Positions 13,601 through 26,200 of a DNA stretch of 64,000 nt are shown piece by piece. The position numbers and the translations under genes are program-made. Each line of letters begins with the position of its first letter. The stretch's first letter is position 1. The notes beneath the pieces were generated by a model, which ran no database searches, was not told the origin of the DNA, and saw only the letters and a list, made by a program, of their open reading frames with translations. Source of the DNA: Haliotis cracherodii (lineage: Eukaryota); NCBI RefSeq assembly GCF_022045235.1, contig NW_027266274.1, forward strand, positions 3,782,001 through 3,846,000, written 5' to 3'.

Positions 13601-16600
13601 TGGAAGAAGATCAGTTCGGGGGCAGCAGAGTTATGGTATGGGGTGAGATTACAGCAAGACAGAGAACCCGTTTGATAGTGGTAGATGTAAATCTCAATGA
13701 AAAGCGCTACCGCGACGAGATCATCGGCCCTGTTGTTCTACCGCTTTTGCGTCGTCATGGCCCAGGCATTACCTTTCAACATGACAATGCCCGGCCTCAT
13801 ATTGCTCGACTAGTTCAGGATTCTCTTCAACAAAACAATGTGAATGTTATCCCCTTGCCAGCATGCTCCCCTGATCTCTCACCAATCGAGCACCTGTGGG
13901 ATGAGATGGATCGGCGCCTTCGACGTCAACCACTTGTTCCACAGACACTCCAGGAACTTCGAAACATGCTCCAGCAAATATGGACAGATATCCTACAGGA
14001 CTTTGTGCGACGCCTGGTCCATTCCATGAAACGAAGATGTGTTACTTGCATCGCAACCAGAGGTGGCCACACGCTATTGATTTGTAAATTGACATTTTGG
14101 CATGTTCTTGTTTTTTTATGAAATAATGCATTTTTTGAAGTCAGTATGGCAAATGAAACCATTTGAACACTTACAGGAGTCTTATATCTGTTGCAAACCG
14201 AAATTGTTTCAGATTTGGTAAAAAATTTAACTTTGCATTAAATCATATTCAATGTCACAGGAACTTTTGTTGCTCAGTATTTAATACTGGTATGGATTCT
14301 ATGTTTGTCAAGAGTATGGCTAGTGGGGATGTGTCAAGTAACCTTGATTTAACATGGATTATATAATTCTAACATTGTAAAATATTTTCCTTTTCAATTT
14401 TAGGGGTGCTTGTTCAATCCATCGTTTCCTCACTGAATATTTACCTAAGAATAATGACCCTTGTCACATTTCGGTTGTTGAAAGAAAGAGTAGTATATTT
14501 TAATCCTTAAATCCCACTCATACAAAGGAAAGTACAGTGTACAAGTGGTCATTGCTAATTGTGGAAAGGAGAATGTCTAAGGGTTAAAAAGGTTGAAGAA
14601 CAGGGTAGCCTTGCTGAGAACGTGTGCAGCAGACCATGACCGTGAATGGAGGCTGGGCTGCTGGAGTGCGATCAAGCGTGTAATTTTGGAGGTAGCTTGT
14701 GCGATCAAGCATGTAATTTTGGAGGTAATTTCCTCCAACATGACCATATATGGACCCTCTGTATATAAAGGTATATTGGTTTGTAAAACACCACTACAAA
14801 TTACACATATCATATTGCATTTATTTATATAAAAAAGATGTCAGCGTAATTGCTAAATATTTTAAATACTCAAAAACATCTTTAACAAATTGAGGCGTTC
14901 TCCAGATATATGATGATAAATTTGAGGAGGAATGTTGACATAGTGCCACATGATGCCCTCCTTATTTTCAACCCTTCACCACCAAGATATCCACAATGTA
15001 CAGGCACACCTTCGTGACTGGGGATAACTGTATATATATGAAAGTTCTTTGATAACTTGATTATTTGATGTACTTTATCAGACAATCTTGCTGGGATGTA
15101 ATACACATCATGGCCTTCATCTGTCCACATGACCTCATACTGTTTAGTAAAGCAGATTGGACATATGTGACCAACCACAAGATAAAAGACCTTGTGGGGA
15201 AAAATCATGTTTTGACTCCTCATTATTTTTTAAAACTAAAGTATCTTAGGACCACAAAAATACAATTCATAACCTTAAATTCATATTTATTACAAATATA
15301 CATGGCATCAAACACATGGACTTATTTTCTGCAAAGTCCTTTTTTCAGAATTATCACTGTTTATGTGATGACTGCAGTTTTCAGATATAATATCTGATTA
15401 ATTGAAATTAGACATGTATGCTGAAATGTTTGGAGACAATGTTTTTATTACATTACTAACTAAAGAGAGAAAAATAAGATATTTTTGTACAGTCCACACA
15501 CATGGCGACTTATACGGAAGTTGGCGTCAAACGTCTTTCCTTATGATGTCCCAGCACAATTGTATCCCAGCACCGATAAGGTCCCTCTTCTCCTGCTGGG
15601 TCACATATGATCCTAGCACCCATAAGGTCCCTCTTCTCCTGCTGGGTCACACATGATCCTAGCACCCACAAGGTCCCTCTTCTCCTGCTGGGTCACATAT
15701 GATCCTAGTACCCATAAGGTCCCTCTTTTCCTGCTGGGTCACATATGATCCTAGCACCCATAAGGTCCCTCTTCTCCTGCTGGGTCACATATGATCCTAG
15801 TACCCATAAGGCCCCTCTTCTACTGCTGGGTCACATATGATCCTACCACCCATAAGGTCCCTCTTCTCCTGCTGGGTCACATATGATCCTAGCACCCATA
15901 AGGTCCCTCTTCTCCTGCTGGGTCACATATGATCCTAGCACCGATAAGGTCCCTCTTCTCCTGCTGGGTCACACATGATCCTAGCACCCATAAGGTCCCT
16001 CTTCTACTGCTGGGTCACATATGATCCTAGTACCTATAAGGTCCCTCTTCTCCTGCTGGGTCACATATGATCCTACCACCCATAAGGTCCCTCTTCTACT
16101 GCTGGGTCACATATGATGTTTGATCATGCCCATGGCCCAAGATCTGTTTCTTTACCTAAGCAAATCAGCTTGGGTCCAAACTTGAGAAAAAGGTTTCCTT
16201 AAAACTTCTTACTCATCCTTCATGACATATTTTAGCCTTATCTATACACTTAGTCTTGTCAGCCCAAAACAGGGAAAATGGGAAAAGTCTTATATGTATT
16301 TGAATGAACATTGATAATGACGCCTAAATGTTTTGCTCATTTTTAGAGTATATATATATCTAGTGGGCTAAAAGGGTCCTTATCAATATCCTACATTGTC
16401 CAAATCTACACATCAATATTTACAACAGGGACATAAAGACAACTGTATAACTTCATTGGAGTATGAACTTTGTACACATCATCACATCATAAAAGTGGCA
16501 TCGTTCCTTGTGCAAACAAGTATGCCATTATTGCAAACAAGTTTGAATTTGTTTTCTGCCTACTGAGAAAGAACATGAATAAACATAGAGCCAAACATTG

Positions 16601-18041
16601 TGTAGATCACCTGAATGTTTCGGAAATTTGAATCTATACAGCTGTGGACATACAAGCTAGGCAAGTTGAACAAACAAATGAAATAACAGAGGTCTCCATA
16701 CAACAGACATCATTGCCTCATGTTCAATATAATTCACATCGATACATAACTGGCTATATTGAAGGCTGTCTTTTGCACACAGGAGTCGGAGGTTCTATTG
16801 AGAAGGGGTTCAGCTCTCAGCACTGTGGTATGCGGGACACAAATACAACATAGAGGGCCAAATTGAACTTCTGAAATGTTGAATAACAAAATCATAATAT
16901 AGTAACTGGCACATGTTCACTACCTGTCTGACATGCATGCAAAGTGTCATGAAGGAGTAGTGAACAGATTTTGTTGAATCATGTTCAAGAACAAACAGAT
17001 TTTGTTGAATCCTGTTCAAGAACAAACAGATTTTGTTGAGTTCTGTTAAACAAACAAACCACACACCCAACTGAGTCAATCAGAATTCAGTCAGCACCTT
17101 TTTCAGAATCACTTTTGCTGGAATGATATACACATCTTAGTTCCACAAATCCAGTTGTATATCTTTATTTGATAAAAGTATAGATGTGAAGATAAAAATA
17201 TATAGATACTCAGAAAAACATTACCGGTACATACTCTATTTCCCATATACAGTTCTCACATTAAGCCTTCACAATACATGAACACAAAATGGCTGCAGTG
17301 GGAGCAATTAGAGGGTGAATAACAATAATGTGAGCAAGTGTAAGTCATAATATTTCTGAAGAAAACATACAAAAACAACCTTCTAACCCAACTTGTCATT
17401 CAGATTTCACTGTATTTTATTCATAGCTTATGGACTAGTTTAACTAACAATATATATTATGTTTCCAGGTTTGAGGTAAATGTGTCACACCTGAGTCTCT
17501 TTTGGCATTTGTCCCACATTAAAAGCATCTAAATGCAGCATCTAGTTGGACTTTGATACCCATACCTCCTAATATTAATAGCAAAACATAGTAATGATTT
17601 TATAAGTTACAATGAAATACTCAAACACAAAGAAATAACAAAGAAGTAGATTTCAACCCTCGTCCATATTGATGTCAGCAACAGGGCTACATAAAGATTA
17701 TTGGAGGCTACCTATGTATATTACTATTTTTTCATGAAGTCCAGCTTCTGAATACTTCATTACAATCTAAGAATAACTAAAGTACAGACAGGGTCGAGGA
17801 ACATAGAGAACAATGAACAGGCCTCGGCACAGGATGGCTGAAACCTTCAGCTGGGCCAAATGAATATTTCTGTTTGTTTGTGACTAGACTGTATTGAAGA
17901 GTGCACTTACTCTTCCCCAACAAGGAGATTGTCATACACCTCGTCATATGCTGTGTTGGGCAGCATGGTCAGTCCGCCAGCAGGCTGGGTGATGATGTCA
18001 TCAAGCTCCTCCACAGTGCATGCAGCAGCAGCAGACTCCAT
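10695..18041 (-). CDS. Atypical dual-specificity protein phosphatase, DUSP3/DUSP13/DUSP26-like (~189 aa); coding exons 18041-17911, 11809-11586, 10909-10695
   Basis: The spliced frame is continuous (570 nt): [13 protein letters not shown]…[34 protein letters not shown]…IEAIDH…[17 protein letters not shown]…[11 protein letters not shown]. It has the catalytic HCxxGxSRS motif and canonical GT-AG introns. A likely 5' exon lies upstream (acceptor at 18085, candidate donor at ~20775). Confidence 0.9.
13034..14279 (+). mobile_element. Decayed Tc1-family (DD34E) DNA transposon inside a DUSP intron
   Basis: TIRs CAACAAAAGTTCCTGTGACA (13041-13060) and TGTCACAGGAACTTTTGTTGCTCAGTA (14253-14279). It has a paired-like HTH ([19 protein letters not shown]) and a catalytic part VMVWG…FQHDNARPH…[11 protein letters not shown] with 34 residues between D and E. 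A stop and an internal deletion remove the first catalytic D. Confidence 0.93.
15570..16117. repeat. 46-bp minisatellite, ~12 copies
   Basis: Unit CCCATAAGGTCCCTCTTCTCCTGCTGGGTCACATATGATCCTAGCA. Confidence 0.95.
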
Positions 18042-18171
18042 GGGTGGCTGCAGGTGTACCACAGAGTACACACCTCCACTTCGTCTAGGTAAGAGAAGGA
18101 AACATGTCTGACGTTCTTTCTCATGATTGTGTTAGTGAACATGTTTTACACAGCTTTTAGCAATATCATGT

Positions 18172-18173
<2 letters not shown>

Positions 18174-18210
<37 letters not shown>
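18174..18210. repeat. (GA)n microsatellite
   Basis: About 18 GA units. Confidence 0.97.
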
Positions 18211-18215
<5 letters not shown>

Positions 18216-20048
18216 AATTTTTTAATGAGAAACACATAATAATAAGTCAGTCAGTCATGCCATATATTGGACCCATGCCCCCAGGAATTGAATTTTTGAC
18301 ATTCATTGGGAACTGAATGCAATAACACGTGACCAATTCAGCTAATCAGAATGCAGGAAATTCAATGAACACAACAAAAATTTAATTATTGATTATATGA
18401 TTATATATAATTATTATATGGCTCTGCCTACCGTGGCTGCTTGTACTAGTCTGGAGTTGTGTCAGTTTCATAGTGCTAATTAACCCACTGAGATATTATG
18501 CTTCATTTAACATAAGTACCCCACTCAGACACAGTATGTACTGACTGAAAGCCGATCAGTCCTTGTTGTATTCTCATTAGCGTCAAGTGGCGTCTAGGAC
18601 ACAGAGGCAGTAAAATGAAAACAAAACACCAGGATCCTCTGTTCATGGGTTTGAATTCAACAACATTATTTGTCTTGCTTCCTGAGGCAAGGGAGTTAAC
18701 TGACTATGAATGTCCAGTTTCCACTCTTGGAATTTCTAGGCTTGATTGTAGCGCCCGAGTGACTATTACAAGTTACCGTATGTCCCATCTATGTCCATCC
18801 TACTGACCAATCAGATTTCACCTCTCATATCACTTGCATTTGCTTCCAACAAAATGGTGATGTCCAGTCAAGACAATAAAAACATGAAAACTTTTGGGAA
18901 ATATCTCTTGACACTGAGCTGACGGTACACATGCTTTGCAAATCTGCAATTCACCAAAATCTGCATGGTAATTTACAAACCAGATGTTGATTTCGTTAAG
19001 CGATTTTGATTGGACAATGCATAGACTTCAGCAAGGGTGGAAACAAGACTTTTATAGTCGGTTAACGCCCTTGCCTCGGGAAGATGGGTTTGTCAGCACC
19101 TGACCCATGCTTGAGGGTTTCATGGAAGTGGCAAATATCTACATGTCAGTCCAGCCTGTCCTCACACATTGTGCTGACTCTGTTCAAGGCAACCCCATCA
19201 CTCTCACTCATCGTCTTGAACTAATGGCCTTGTTGACAACATGTTCCATCTCAATCCATTCAGTGGTTCTAGCATCCAAAATGTGAAATATTTACTGCTA
19301 CCAAAATGTTCTTGTAAATGAGGATTATTGAAGTTGTTTCAAAATTTGTTCATGATCGGCACTCATTGTAGACTATATTCCAAACAAAATATTTCTCCTT
19401 GTTTAATTCTATTTCTCACCCAATACCGGACAAGTCAACATCTTTTTCGGTTAGAATTTTCACCAAGAAGAGCAAAATGGCATCTGTGAAGAAGAAGTTC
19501 ACCAAACCAGACTAAACTTCTGTAAATGGAGCCTCCATACAATGTGAACACTGTCCACAGAGGGTGGGATCACTTCATGACGAGCATGCTGACATGAACA
19601 AGCGATCAAAGTTTGTTTTTTTGTTAGAGAGATATGCAGCTCCTGACAATGATATTGTAGGAGCCAAGACTAAGTTTTTAGGAGCCAAACCTTTTTTCCA
19701 AGGAGTAAGACTGAGAATCTGAGATAGGACACATATTTCCAGAGGTTTCATCGGAGATAGGACACGTGTATGGAGGGGCTTCACGGTGTGAAGATGGGTA
19801 TTCAATTGTAATAGACAGGTACTTTAATAAATAATGTAAATATTTCCTTTTGGTACAATATCACTTATGTTCATGCAAATACAACAGGGTTACAAAACAC
19901 CCCCAGCTATCAATGAAACATTGTTTTTAATTATTTATTCAGCATTGGCCAAACACAACTTGGTAAACTAGATTTTCAATTACTATCTGTTTACATCTTA
20001 AACAAATATTGTCGCAATTTATGTTATAGTTACAACACACCAAGATGA

Positions 20049-20640
20049 GTTGTTTGGGCAGTAAGAGCACGGTTTGGCTTGGCATTTGATTGACAGACAA
20101 AAGGACCGAGGGGCGGAGCCAAACCGTGCTCTTACTGCCCAAACAACGAGTAGGTGGGTATTGTAAGTGACTTGTAGCACGGGTTGCGACGTTCATTCCA
20201 AAATTGTGCGAGTTTGTGTAAAATATAGTGACTTATGATATGATGTTAAATAAGACGTCATATGCTTTCTGCCTTCGAACCCTTTTTAACTTTTAATCTA
20301 ATTGTGAAATCAAGTGTAAACTTTGGAATTTTCAAAGGCACTTTAGAAATTTATGCGTTCTGTGTCCAGTTGTTTTTATGTTTGACACTTACATTGTAAT
20401 CTTTTAAAAAAGTTATAAACATTTCTATTGTTTTTTGTTGTTTATTTACGTTATTACTCTTGAACACTGTGTACAACACTAAAGAAACATTGCTGTAAGT
20501 TTGAAATTTCTCAAGCCAGTAGGCGGGATTTGCTGACCTTGGCATCAGCCAATGGTAATAATCTTTAACAAACCGTGCTCTTACTACCATGATACAGCAC
20601 AGTAAGATCAAAGGTACCGCTCGCAACCCATGCTACAAGT
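20049..20640. mobile_element. Non-autonomous inverted-repeat element (31-bp perfect hairpin plus a TIR-bounded segment)
   Basis: Arms 20049-20079 and 20117-20147 are perfectly complementary. ACTTGTAGCACGGGTTGCGA (~20170) is inverted to TCGCAACCCATGCTACAAGT (20621-20640). Confidence 0.6.
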
Positions 20641-22908
20641 TTATTTATAGGTAGCCAAGGGGCGAACAGTAGATAAATTTAGGTCCTCAATCGTACATTT
20701 AAGTTGCATTTGGCCACCAAAATGGTCGCTACATAGAGGGCTGCATGAACAAGAACACAAATATGCACAGCTTACTGTGAATACTCCAGTAGAGACTGCA
20801 ATGTGGCTAGACTCGGATCTGGTGACAACGAAGGATAGTTGTGTTATATAAATGTACCATTATTGTCTTTAATGCGACAAGCATAACTTTCTGTAAATCA
20901 TAACACACATATTTTCCAAATAATTTCATATAAAATACCAACAGAAGTCATTTCAAACAAAATGTTTTATTATTTTATTGATCATAGGTTGGATGTATCT
21001 TTTCCAGATCAAAAGCAAAAAAAATAAATATTCTGTGACATAACCTGACAGGCAGACAAACAAACATAAGTAATCAACCAATGAACCCACTGGTGTGGAA
21101 CAACATCAGCCCACTGCAGTAATCATTCCAACACAATAATGTACGACATACATGGCATAAACACAGATATAGTCACGGTCATACATCTGAAGCAAATCTT
21201 CACCACTTCTCCTGGACCACTTTTTAAGATGCACAAACTATCAAAAGTCTAAAGATTGTATTGTAAAATTGCAAGAGTAACTGGCAATGAATATTAAAGG
21301 CACTGTCCACATCAACTGTGTCCCGTGAAGATCTGGGTTAGAATTGGTCTTCAGCAACCAATGCTTTTTGTAAGAGGCGTCTAACAGGATCGGGTGGTCC
21401 CAATTGTGTAAATCGATGCTCATTAGGTAAATCACTGGATTGTCTGGTCCAGATTAGATTATTTCACGACCGCAGTCATATAGCTGGAATATTGCTGAGT
21501 GTGGCATTAAACAACAAATCACATCAACCGTAAAAAGATTTTGATAGATATGCCATTAACATTTGAGGCTGTAGAAAAGCAAATATAAAGTCTCATGCCT
21601 GTAGAAGTAACCATGTCTTACAAACCTTTAAAGCTTACCTTGACCATCGACCAGAGCTTCAGATAAGCAGCATATTTGCGTAAAATACCCCCCCCAAAAA
21701 AGAAAATATATTCAAAACCTAATTACTTTCATTAACTTGCGTACAGAAACCAATGCATTAAATGAAAAACTCAAATGTATAAAAACAGCATGCGTAAATA
21801 CTCAATGAAGCTTTTTCAGCATGTGTACAATGGAGCTAATTTCTGAAGCACAATTACTTTCTAAGTCAAGCCTTTAATTAGAACCCTTATATATATCTAA
21901 AACATTATTTTATTTATTTTAAAACCCAATAGAGTGATGAATAGATGAGTGAAGAAATAATGAGAAATGTAATAACCCAATTAAAATAAAAACCTTCAAG
22001 TAAAAACTCAACACAGCTCAAAAAGTTATCTGGAGCCCTGATAGACTTATCTTTACCAAAACATTTTCAACACAGGAACCCATTCATGTCTTAATCTAGT
22101 GACCTTGACATGCCATGAGCCACAAGTCCCTAACATTGGAACATATTCCCTAAAGTCAATAACATTCGACATGACAGTTGACACGAGATACAACAACCGG
22201 GGGGTAGAGGTCAAATTCAGGCTAAACTAATACTAGTCACATTTCACAGGAAGTGTGTGGTATGAACAAGTGTTGTCAAGTTAGGAGGAAATAAAATCAG
22301 ACAAAAATATTTTTTTACACCATTTAATATGAAACAAATAATTAGTCTTAACATGAAACTGTGTCCATGACAATGCCATGCCAGGGTTTTCACTCTGTGA
22401 ACAATAACAAAACAAGCAAAGTATGCGTTTCAAGTGAACTTGATAAAACAAATATGGTTACAAGCAATGCTGACATGAGAAACAGTATTCTGGCATATGA
22501 ATGACAACTGGAAAAAATTGCTCTAGTTTGTGCCTGAAATACTGGCCCCAAACTGAGCCCAGCACAATGTCTGTCTTTGAAGGACCAGCAATTCTATCCC
22601 ACAGGGAGAGACACGGACACTAGGCCATTAGTCCAAGACAAATGAAACTCTAGAGGGACCAGTGGTTTTATCCTAAAATCTAGTTACTCCACATTACTCA
22701 TTTGTGCAAAATGATGTGTGGACCAGTTGGATATGAACAATGGTGTCTACCCCTGTTCCACATGTTAAATAGCAAAATCTGCTCAAAAATTCATTCTCAA
22801 ATAAGTAGGAAAGTTCTATATTCTCTAATTGAGGCATACATATATAACACAACAAAATAACAAAATGTTCTTGTCATCAAATCTGAAAACCTTTAAGCTC
22901 TCCTATTA

Positions 22909-23206
22909 TCCATGGACAATCCCTGCCTCCAGGCTAGACTGTTGTACATGGACAATCCCTGCCTCCAGGCTAGACTGTTGTACATGGACAATCCCTGCCT
23001 CCAGGCTAGACTGTTGTACATGGACCATCCCTGCCTCCAGGCTAGACTGTTGTACATGGTGTTGTCCCTGCCTCCAGGCTAGACTGTTGTACATGGACAA
23101 TCCCTGCCTCCAGGCTAGACTGTTGTACATGGACAATCCCTGCCTCCAGGCTAGACTGTTGTACATGGACAATCCCTGCCTCCAGGCTAGACTGTTGTAC
23201 ATGGAC
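22909..23206. repeat. 36-bp minisatellite (~8 copies) directly after the helicase stop codon
   Basis: Unit GGACAATCCCTGCCTCCAGGCTAGACTGTTGTACAT. Confidence 0.95.
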
Positions 23207-23207
23207 A

Positions 23208-26200
23208 TCACTCCTGCACACAATGCTCAGCAGCTTTCATCATGAACTGTTCCCGCCGAAGAATATTCTGGATCTTGTCTTTCTCATCACTGCTCTTACA
23301 CAGGATGACAAAGTGGCTGTCCTTCTTCCTGGCCCGCCCCCGCATCTGTACGAGCGTGGTGACTGTGTTGGGCGGGTTCATGCAGACCACCAGCTCACAC
23401 TCGGGGATATCCACGCCTTCCTCTGCTACAGATGTGGCTACAATGATGTTATACTTCTTGCTCTTCACTCCATCAAGCACCTTCTTCTGCTGCTTCACCT
23501 TCATGCCACCATCAGCCTGACCAGATCCATGGCCAACCACCGATGTGATCTTCAGACTGTTGGCTGATGCAAATTGTGTCTGCTTCAGGAAATTGCTCAG
23601 TCTGTGTGCATGTGCTCGCTCCCGGACGAGAATCAAGGCCATTGCATTTCTGCCAGCTTTCCAGTTGATGTATTTATCATTGGTGAGAGTAGTGAGTAAC
23701 TGTGTGTACAGAGTGATATGAAGAGGGTTGTCATCAAACTCCTGCTGGACATGAGCTGAGTGAGCAGCTCTTCTCATGGCATCTTGCAGCTTTTCACACT
23801 GTATCCCCATCCCCTGAGCGTGCTGGAAGCCACTCTGTGCTGGAGTCTGGTTGAACGTCTGCAGGTCAGCTACAGCTGTGGGTATCCCAACACTGTCCAA
23901 ATCAGACAGCGCAATTAAAAGTATCTTGCAATGATTGACAAGGAAGTCCATATTCATTTTGACTTGTGGTTGCTGGGATTTGGCCTGGCAGTTCCCAAGA
24001 GCTCGGACAAACCTTTCAGTAGCAGCATTGTCCAAGTGCTCTACAAAGTCTTCCAAGTCTTCTCCCTGCATCTTCTCCACTCCAAAATGACAGTCAGTGT
24101 CAATAGTGCACAACTCCGACAGCTTCAAGTAACACTGGCAAATGTACACCAACAGTGTCTTCCGGAAAGCTCTTTCTTCATCCGAAAACGGCTCATAGTT
24201 GATCTTCAGCTTAGCACTGGACTGATACCGCTTCAGTTCTCCCACACAATCACCCTGGACGATGGCAATGCTGGCTCCCCCAAGGTTGTGGAATAACTCG
24301 TGCAGCATGCTGACCGTGCTCTCTACACTGTCGCGCCCTGCAGGGGAGGCGGTCAGACCTAGCACTTTGGGTCTGTGTTCTGGCTGGCACGGGCGGTGGT
24401 ACGCCTCCAGGAGGCGATTGAAGGGGTGATTCTTGACACAGTGATGAGCTTCATCAAATACAACCAGTGAGAAGTCTTCCCAGCGAAGCTGCTGCTTCAG
24501 TAGTAGATTGTCAGCATAGGCTACAACACAGATATACAACAGATATACTACAACACAGATATATCACAGTTAGGCTACAACACAGATATACAACAGATAG
24601 ACTACAACAAGGATATATAACACTGTTAGGCTACAACACAGATATACAACAGATAGACTACAACAAGGATATATAACACAGTTAGTCTACAACACGTTTA
24701 TATCACAGTCTACAACACAGATATATCACAGTTAGCCTACAACACAGATATATCACAGTAAGCCTACAACACAGATATATCACAATTAGCCCACAACACA
24801 GATATATATCAGTTAGCCTACAACACAGATATATGACAGTTAGCCTACAACACAGATATATCACAATTAGCCTACAACACAGATATATATCAGTTAGCCC
24901 ACAACACAGATATATCACAATTAGCCTACAACACAGATATATATCAGTTAGCCCACAACACAGATATATCACAGTTAGCCTACAACACAGATATATATCA
25001 GTTAGCCCACAACACAGATATATCACAATTAGCCTACAACACAGATATGTATCAGTTAGCCTACAACACAGATATATGACAGTTAGCCTACAACACAGAT
25101 ATATCACAGTTAGCCTACAACACAGATATATATCAGTTAGCCTACAACACAGATATATGACAGTTAGCCTATAACAAAGATATATCACAGTTAGCCTACA
25201 GCACAGATATATATCACAGTTAGCCTACAACACAGATATATCACAGTTAGCCTACAACACAGATATATCACAGTTATCCTACAGCACAGAAATATATCAC
25301 AGTTAGCCTACAACACAGATATATCACAGTTAGCCTACAACACAGATATAAATCACAGTTATCCTACAACACAGATATATCACAATTAGCCTACAACACA
25401 GATATTATCACAGTTATCCTACAACACAGATATATATCAGTTAGCCTACAACACAGATATATGACAGTTAGCCTACAACACAGATATATCACAGTTAGCC
25501 TACAACACAGATATATATCAGTAAGCCCACAACACAGATGTATCAGTTAGCCTACAACACAGATATATCAGTTAGTCTACAACACAGATATATCACAGTT
25601 AGCCTACAACACAGATATATATCACAATTAGCCTACAACACAGATATATCACAGTTAGCCTACAGCACAGATATATCACAGTTAGCATAGGTTGATAAGT
25701 GTGAAGAAATAGGGTTTTTAAAAGTTCAAAATTAACAATAGTCGACTAGTTCGAGACAAGTAAAATTCAGGAAGGACAAGTGGCATTTCCTTGTGGACTA
25801 CCACTTTACCATTAAGTAGACTGAGACTAGTCAAACTACAAAATAATTTCTAACACTCCATACATCAAAGAGTTATAGTAAAGTGTTTCCACTTAACAAG
25901 TGTGCAGCATGTACCTGCCGTGCTGACGATGACGTCATGCTTGTAGAGGGGCGTGGTGCCTTGAGGCAGTATGTTCCCACACAGTGTGGCTATTTTCAGC
26001 TCACGCTCCTGCTCCTCCCCATCACTTGTCATGCTGGAAGTAACATGGTATTCTACCATGAATTTGGGAAATACTCAATTCTGATTGGTCAGTCATAGGT
26101 ATCAAATGACAATTACCACCTCTGATTGAAACGGCTGATTTTATTGACCACAAATAGTGAAGTACTTCTTTCTCAGTCACTGTCAGCAGGCATTTTAAAT

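Noticed and set aside
10695-18041. DUSP as a DUSP11/PIR-1 RNA 5'-triphosphatase partnering the RIG-I-like helicase
   Set aside because: The active site HCIQGVSRS and the AFLM…PNxGF motifs are those of DUSP3-type protein phosphatases, not the HCTHGxNRT motif of DUSP11.
19000-19820. Possible decayed transposase-like coding relic on the minus strand
   Set aside because: Too many stops and no motif I can identify with confidence.
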